NCBI GenBank assembly: GCA_020053795.1
Contig: JAGVMN010000004.1
Span: forward strand, 925-64,924
Direction: 5' to 3'
Source of the DNA: Bacteroidia bacterium
Lineage (GTDB): Bacteria; Bacteroidota; Bacteroidia; NS11-12g; UBA9320
DNA length: 64,000 nt
Shown here: in pieces, positions 58,702-64,000 of the stretch
Position numbering within the stretch: position 1 is the stretch's first letter
Layout of the letters: every line of letters begins with the position of its first letter
Program-made: the position numbers and the translations under genes
Notes under the pieces: model-generated
What the model saw: only the letters and a program-made list of their open reading frames with translations
What the model was told of the DNA's origin: nothing
Databases searched by the model: none

Positions 58702-61314
58702 TTATTCGATATAGTTGGTTGTAAAAAACTCGAAGTAGTTGTCTTGTTTTTTATCTGCCAAAAGCACCTTGAAATTTGCCTCTGAAATATATAGGTTGTC
58801 GTATTTTTTCAAGCCAAGTTCATCAAAGAAAGACCCATTTTTTATAAACTCCACATAATAGAGCTCTGCATCTTTCTTGTTCGTAAAACTCTTGACCACT
58901 AACATTTGCGATTCGCCAAGCAAAGTTGCTACAATTTGAAGATTCTTGTTTTTGTATAAACGCTCGTTATAATCTGAATAGGCTATTTTCACCTTGTCAG
59001 AATTTACCCCTTCAAAAATAAGAAGATAGTAGTGGTTGGTTTCCGGGGCAAAGAAGTATTTCGGAGCCGCAGAGTCAAAGGAAATTTTATTTTTATTATC
59101 CCTCTTATTAAAATATTCCAATGTATTGTCAGAAGTGTTTGCCACCAAAGTTCCAGGGTACGTCTCTTTAATATTTCTAAGCAAGTCGAGATAGCGACTC
59201 AAAGAGTCAGTTTTAGCAACGCATAACGCATAAAGATAATCGAATTTGGCCTGAAGCGAATTGCCCGCATGTTTCTTATCGCAATGGATTTTTATTTGTT
59301 TGGCCTCCTGATAATTTCCGGCTTTGAATGCCACATACATACTGTTATAGGCTTCCAAAATTTCCTTGCCTTCACCTTTGTTTTCCAAAACATCCTTGTT
59401 ATTAATCACCATATTAAATGACGACTTAGGATATTTCTCATTGAGTATTTTACTGTATTTAGCGACCATAACTTTATTTCCAATTTGATCGTAACATTTT
59501 ATTAGATTGAAATAGGTCTCGGCTTCCAAATCACTTCCCGGATATTTGCTCAAAAGACTTTCGTAATAACTAATGGCCATTTCATACTCCTTCAAACTTT
59601 CATGATACACCTTAGCCGTCTGAAAAATGGCTTTTTCTATTTTCAGATGAGCCACCACTTTTGCCTGATCGCTGAACGGAATATTGGTGTAATATTTTTG
59701 CAAATCCTTCGAGACATCCTTGATAGCATTTTGTTGCTCCTGATCCTTGGATGGGTCATAACTCACTTGGTCAACCTTTTCTTTTTTTTCCGGTTCATCT
59801 TCTTTTGTTTTTTCAATCTCAATTTCTTTTGACTTTGCGGCAATCCGCCAGTTGTCGGTCAATTTTCTGTTGCCCCATTTTCTGGTAAAATCGGTAAATC
59901 CGCGTGAGAGGGATGTCGGATTATAAAAATACCAGTCGTTTCCCATTCCTGTTGGGGGCGATTGCCCTTGTTTATTTATGCTTTGATTTGAAGTTCCTTG
60001 AATATTGTTGGCATTATCTTCTTTCCGCTTCTTTTGTTCTTCTGCATCCCTTTCCTTTTGAGCTTTCCTTTCGATCATCCGATCCAGATCAGATTTGTCC
60101 ATTTTCGATAATAGCAAAAGGCTATCCTGTGTTTCAATCGTCACGATCCCCATTATCAAATCACTCAGAACATTTTGCCTGGCAATTATTTGATCATAAT
60201 TCACATGCTCTTCCGAAATAAACGCAGCGGTACTATCGAAATATGTCTGTGCCAGCGAATAATTTTTTGCTTCAAAAAAGATATTGGCCAAAGCCAGATA
60301 TGAATTGGCTTTTTGATTGGTGTTTTTTGTACTCGACCATGCAGACATTCTGTAATATTGAATGGCTCCGGGCAAATTCCCATCCCCCTTTTCGAGATTG
60401 GCCAGTTCATAAAATATCTCATCAAAAAAATCAATATTCTTGTCATCGTTCAGCATCCGCTTCAGATATTTTCGGGAGCTTTTAGCCGTACTGCCGGGCA
60501 GCAATATTAACATACGCGACATGCCGAGATTTGCTTGAAATGCATAATCATAAGGAGGGTTCAGTTTCACTGTTTTCTCATAGTGGTAATAGGACTTCTT
60601 GTAGTTTGATTGCAAAAAATAGAGCTGCCCCAGAATGAAATGAACGCGGTATTTTTCATTTCTTTTTTTCATCAGAGGCAAGACTTTGACCATCATTTCG
60701 GACGCCTGCTTGTATTTCTTTTCTTTGATATAGAGGTTGGCTGCCGTTAAAAGCAAAGTTTTCTGAAGCTTCTTTGGAAATTTTATTTCCTGATTTATAA
60801 GTCCCAAAATTGATTCGGCGTCATTGAGTTTATTCTGTCTGATATAGGTTTTTAATACCCACAATTGTGCCTCAAAACGTATTTCATTCCTTGGATACTC
60901 ACCGTAAACAAACTGAAACACTTCCAAAGCGGCAAAAAGGTCGTACTTGTAGAAATAAGATTTGCCCATGAGCATCCATGAATTGTCAACCCATTTGCAT
61001 TTTGGATATTTCTGAATGACTTTAGAAGTCTTTACTTGTATCTCATCCATTTTGGGGAATATACCTTTTGAGGCAGCCTCGTCACCCTCCGGAAATACCT
61101 CAATCACTTTCCCAAAGTCGTCTTTATGTCCCTCTTCCAGCGTTTCAAGGGCATCCAACAGTTTTTGCTCACCATTGAAATAGATATTGTAATGAGCGAC
61201 CATATTGTGCCAAACCTTCTTAAACTTCCCCTCTTTCTTTACCTGTGCACCGGCTGTGAATTGCCAGATTGAAAACACTATCAGCAATAAGAATTTATTA
61301 ATCTTGTAATTCAA
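58702..61314 (-). CDS. porW: T9SS periplasmic TPR protein PorW/SprE
   Basis: H....HYNIYFNG, SKVIQ...WVD, YFDST and WYFYN......G..DF.RKWGNRKL.DNWR motifs. It is divergent from bactofilin/atp genes, as is typical. Confidence 0.85.
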   Translation of the reverse strand: MNYKINKFLLLIVFSIWQFTAGAQVKKEGKFKKVWHNMVAHYNIYFNGEQKLLDALETLEEGHKDDFGKVIEVFPEGDEAASKGIFPKMDEIQVKTSKVIQKYPKCKWVDNSWMLMGKSYFYKYDLFAALEVFQFVYGEYPRNEIRFEAQLWVLKTYIRQNKLNDAESILGLINQEIKFPKKLQKTLLLTAANLYIKEKKYKQASEMMVKVLPLMKKRNEKYRVHFILGQLYFLQSNYKKSYYHYEKTVKLNPPYDYAFQANLGMSRMLILLPGSTAKSSRKYLKRMLNDDKNIDFFDEIFYELANLEKGDGNLPGAIQYYRMSAWSSTKNTNQKANSYLALANIFFEAKNYSLAQTYFDSTAAFISEEHVNYDQIIARQNVLSDLIMGIVTIETQDSLLLLSKMDKSDLDRMIERKAQKERDAEEQKKRKEDNANNIQGTSNQSINKQGQSPPTGMGNDWYFYNPTSLSRGFTDFTRKWGNRKLTDNWRIAAKSKEIEIEKTKEDEPEKKEKVDQVSYDPSKDQEQQNAIKDVSKDLQKYYTNIPFSDQAKVVAHLKIEKAIFQTAKVYHESLKEYEMAISYYESLLSKYPGSDLEAETYFNLIKCYDQIGNKVMVAKYSKILNEKYPKSSFNMVINNKDVLENKGEGKEILEAYNSMYVAFKAGNYQEAKQIKIHCDKKHAGNSLQAKFDYLYALCVAKTDSLSRYLDLLRNIKETYPGTLVANTSDNTLEYFNKRDNKNKISFDSAAPKYFFAPETNHYYLLIFEGVNSDKVKIAYSDYNERLYKNKNLQIVATLLGESQMLVVKSFTNKKDAELYYVEFIKNGSFFDELGLKKYDNLYISEANFKVLLADKKQDNYFEFFTTNYIE

Positions 61315-61400
61315 TCCGAAATTTTATTGTTTCCCTATTAACTTTGAATTCGCAAAAATATTTTTTACCAACCAATAATAAAACTGTAAAACTAAGGCTT

Positions 61401-62261
61401 ATGTCACGAATTAAGGACTTTTTTAAAAATAAAATCAGAGAACCATACCGGCTCATTGTAAGAAACGATGCTACGCTCGAAGTAAAAGTATCTTTTGTAC
61501 TTACACCGCTGAATGTCATTTTACTTGCAAGTGGTACTCTGGTACTTTTCACCTTTATAGTATTATCTATTTTCATTTATTCGCCACTCAGTGAATTTAT
61601 GCCCCTACAGGATGGGGATAATGATTTACGACAAAAAATTGAACTGCAAACCCGTCTCGATTCTTTAGAACGTAACAGCCGGATACTAAGCAAAGAGCGG
61701 GACAATCTGTTGAGTATTTTGCGTGGTACTCCCATCAAAGGGCTATTGAATGAAAGGGACTCCATCATAGTTACTGAAAACACAGATTTGGAAAAAGTAA
61801 ATGATGAAGAAATAAAATATCGCAAAATGATGGAAGAAGACTTTGCCGGAGACCCTTTTTCCGAAGAGCAGAGTATTGCCGTAAGTACCCTCAACAATTT
61901 GGCTTTTTTTACCCCGTTAAGAGGCCATATTACAGACACCTTTAGCCAACACGAACATTTGGCGGTAGATATTGTTGCCGAAAGAAACGCTCCGGTTAAG
62001 GCAACTTTAAGTGGAACGGTCGTTATTAGTTCATGGACGCCTGAAACCGGACATGTCATGATATTACAACATTCAAATGATTTGATTTCCGTTTATAAAC
62101 ACAATTCTGTATTATTGAAAAAAGTAGGAACATACGTGAATGCCGGTGAAGTAATTGCCCTTGTTGGCAATTCAGGTGAACTCACCACCGGACCACATTT
62201 ACACTTTGAATTATGGTACAACGGCAGTTCGGTAGATCCTCGAAATTATCTGACATTTTAA
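61401..62261 (+). CDS. M23 family metallopeptidase
   Basis: TM and coiled coil, HLAVD, YKHN and TTGPHLHFE. A TAACTTTG -7 box at 61339-61346 favours ATG 61401 over TTG 61344. Confidence 0.92.
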   Translation: MSRIKDFFKNKIREPYRLIVRNDATLEVKVSFVLTPLNVILLASGTLVLFTFIVLSIFIYSPLSEFMPLQDGDNDLRQKIELQTRLDSLERNSRILSKERDNLLSILRGTPIKGLLNERDSIIVTENTDLEKVNDEEIKYRKMMEEDFAGDPFSEEQSIAVSTLNNLAFFTPLRGHITDTFSQHEHLAVDIVAERNAPVKATLSGTVVISSWTPETGHVMILQHSNDLISVYKHNSVLLKKVGTYVNAGEVIALVGNSGELTTGPHLHFELWYNGSSVDPRNYLTF

Positions 62262-62271
62262 GACAAAAATT

Positions 62272-62703
62272 ATGCTGATAGGAAAAAAAACTGAAAACCA
62301 ACCACCATCCACAACTGCATTCAACGTGATAGGTGAAGGCACACGGATAGTTGGGGACATTAACTCTACAGGCGATTTGAGGGTTGATGGTATTATTGAA
62401 GGCACTGTAAACACCAAAGCGAAATTCGTTCTTGGCAACTCGGGAAAGGTGGTTGGAAACATCATTTCCAGAAACGCCGATATCTCAGGCGAGATAAAAG
62501 GAAACATCAGAGTCTCTGAATTAACTTTTGTGAAGACCTCAGCCAAAATAAACGGAGACATTGAAACCAATAAGCTCGTGGTGGAATCCGGTGGGGAATT
62601 TAACGGAAAATGCATCATGGGTAAGACCATCAAATTGGGCGAAATAAACCATGAAAGAATACCCCAACCGGCGGCAGAACAAGTCCTCGAAAACCAATCC
62701 TGA
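62272..62703 (+). CDS. Bactofilin (polymer-forming cytoskeletal protein)
   Basis: IGEGTRIVGDI...LRVDG.IEG...INGDI...LVVESGGEFNGKC.M. Confidence 0.93.
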   Translation: MLIGKKTENQPPSTTAFNVIGEGTRIVGDINSTGDLRVDGIIEGTVNTKAKFVLGNSGKVVGNIISRNADISGEIKGNIRVSELTFVKTSAKINGDIETNKLVVESGGEFNGKCIMGKTIKLGEINHERIPQPAAEQVLENQS

Positions 62704-62884
62704 GTATCTTAGATATACTGGTTTAGGACTGCAAATTATTGGTGTGGTATTGGGTATGGCAATTATAGGCCATTGGCTCGACAAGCGATTTGAAAATGTG
62801 ATTCCCGGATTCACATTATCCTTATCTTTGCTCGCTGTTTTCGCAATTCTTTACAAACTAATTAAGTCGGCTAATAAGAAATGA
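62651..62884 (+). CDS. AtpZ/AtpI family small membrane protein
   Basis: YLRYTGLGLQ...GHWLD motif, upstream of atpB. Confidence 0.82.
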   Translation: MKEYPNRRQNKSSKTNPEYLRYTGLGLQIIGVVLGMAIIGHWLDKRFENVIPGFTLSLSLLAVFAILYKLIKSANKK

Positions 62885-63264
62885 GAACCCCTTTTTCTTT
62901 CCCTGTCAAACTGCTTTTACTGGCTGTATTTATTGCGGGTATGATCAAACTCACTTTTATCTTTGTACCCAATTATAACCCAGGTGCATTCGTTTGGTAT
63001 GCCTTGATTTTTTTTACGCTGCTCACATATATAATATATGCCATCGCTTCAATGGGTGTCAACAGGGGCAATAAAACTTTTATTTATACGGCCTTTGGAA
63101 CCATGATCATCAGGCTTCTCGCTTCCTTGTTTTTCATCTTCATTTATTTGCTTGTCAATCAAGAAAAGAACCTTTCATTTATCATTTCTTTTCTCTCCTT
63201 TTATTTATTTTTCACAATATTTGAAATATATCATTTAGTGCGTAAATTGCGACCCGAAAAATAA
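62881..63264 (+). CDS. ATP synthase-associated 4-TM protein (AtpI-like)
   Basis: Hydrophobic protein with F..FY..FTIFE, located before atpB. Confidence 0.7.
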   Translation: MRTPFSFPVKLLLLAVFIAGMIKLTFIFVPNYNPGAFVWYALIFFTLLTYIIYAIASMGVNRGNKTFIYTAFGTMIIRLLASLFFIFIYLLVNQEKNLSFIISFLSFYLFFTIFEIYHLVRKLRPEK

Positions 63265-63319
63265 GGAGGAATTGACAATACAAGCAGTTGAAAATAAGAA
63301 GTTTAGGTGTGGTTTGTTT

Positions 63320-64000
63320 GTGAAAAAAATCTTCAGTTTAATAATTTTAGTTGCCTTTTTAGTCGTTTCGTCAGGTGTCTTAGCCAACGAAGGTCATGCT
63401 GAAGGTGAGAAAAAGAAAAAATTCAATGCAGGAGAGATGATTATGCATCATATTTCGGATGCTCATGAAATTCATTTTCTGACTTTAAACGAGGGCAAGT
63501 ATAATGAGAAGCATTTGGCAATATATCTTCCGGTTATTCTTTGGACAAATAAGGGATTTCAAGTGTTTTCAAGCAGTCATTTCTATCATAGTCGCAAAAC
63601 TGATAAAAACCACGGGGGTACATTTTTTGGTTATAAAGAATTCGTGATGGCCCATGAGCATATTTACTATGCCAATGAAAACGGAGGTCTTACAAATGAT
63701 GAGAAAGGGGAGATAGCCAATGCTCATCCTTTGGATTTGTCAATTACAAAAACAGTAGCAGGCTTATTGATTACAGGAATCATTTGTCTTTTGATTTTTG
63801 TTGGGGTTGCTAGAAGATATACCAGTGGGGTTCCTGACAAACCGAGAGGAATTCAGTCCCTAATGGAGCCACTCATTCTTTTTGTTAAAGACGAAATAGC
63901 CATACCGTCCATCGGCCATAAAAGTGCGGATAAATTTTTGCCTTTTTTACTCACCATTTTCTTCTTCATTTGGATTGCGAATTTGTTGGGCCTTATCCCG
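63320..64000 (+). CDS. atpB: F0F1 ATP synthase subunit a, truncated by the window edge
   Basis: GTG start, then MKKIFSL...FNAGEMIMHHISDAHEIH...PLDLSITK...QSLMEPLILFVKDEIA...FLPFLLTIFFFIWIANLLGLIP. Confidence 0.95.
   Translation, partial: MKKIFSLIILVAFLVVSSGVLANEGHAEGEKKKKFNAGEMIMHHISDAHEIHFLTLNEGKYNEKHLAIYLPVILWTNKGFQVFSSSHFYHSRKTDKNHGGTFFGYKEFVMAHEHIYYANENGGLTNDEKGEIANAHPLDLSITKTVAGLLITGIICLLIFVGVARRYTSGVPDKPRGIQSLMEPLILFVKDEIAIPSIGHKSADKFLPFLLTIFFFIWIANLLGLIP

Noticed and set aside
58702-64000. porW divergent from M23-bactofilin-atpZ/I-atpB
   Set aside because: Bactofilin/M23 pairing and linkage to the atp operon are a familiar conserved arrangement.

Overview
A Bacteroidota chromosome segment, identified by TAnnTTTG -7 promoter boxes, type IX secretion (T9SS) cargo proteins, sprE/porW and a Bacteroidota-type atpB. 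The housekeeping backbone is prmC, ribD, yigZ, phhB, purB, sppA, rocD, purH-mreBCD-mrdA-rodA, recG, PBP1A, porW/sprE and M23-bactofilin-atp. An accessory region at ~6.4-19 kb and smaller islands at ~43-51 kb and ~54.8-56.4 kb interrupt it. No rRNA, tRNA, CRISPR array or intact transposase was seen. Four things stand out. (1) A divergent module in which a TPR-LytS kinase and a LytTR regulator face an operon of two exported proteins (ARPP-1/DUF6569-like plus vWA), with a 21-bp-periodic direct repeat in the promoter. (2) An HTH-Zn-peptidase/PIN(DUF4411) toxin-antitoxin-like pair bracketed by two broken copies of the same DUF1801 gene. (3) A stand-alone di-heme-b membrane protein plus a 10-heme cytochrome c, preceded by two Crp/Fnr-like boxes. 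(4) Two tandem T9SS proteins sharing an unusual 'NEPNV' extended leader, next to a sigma54 activator that lacks its DNA-binding domain. All family calls come from motif recognition by eye; no database searches were run.
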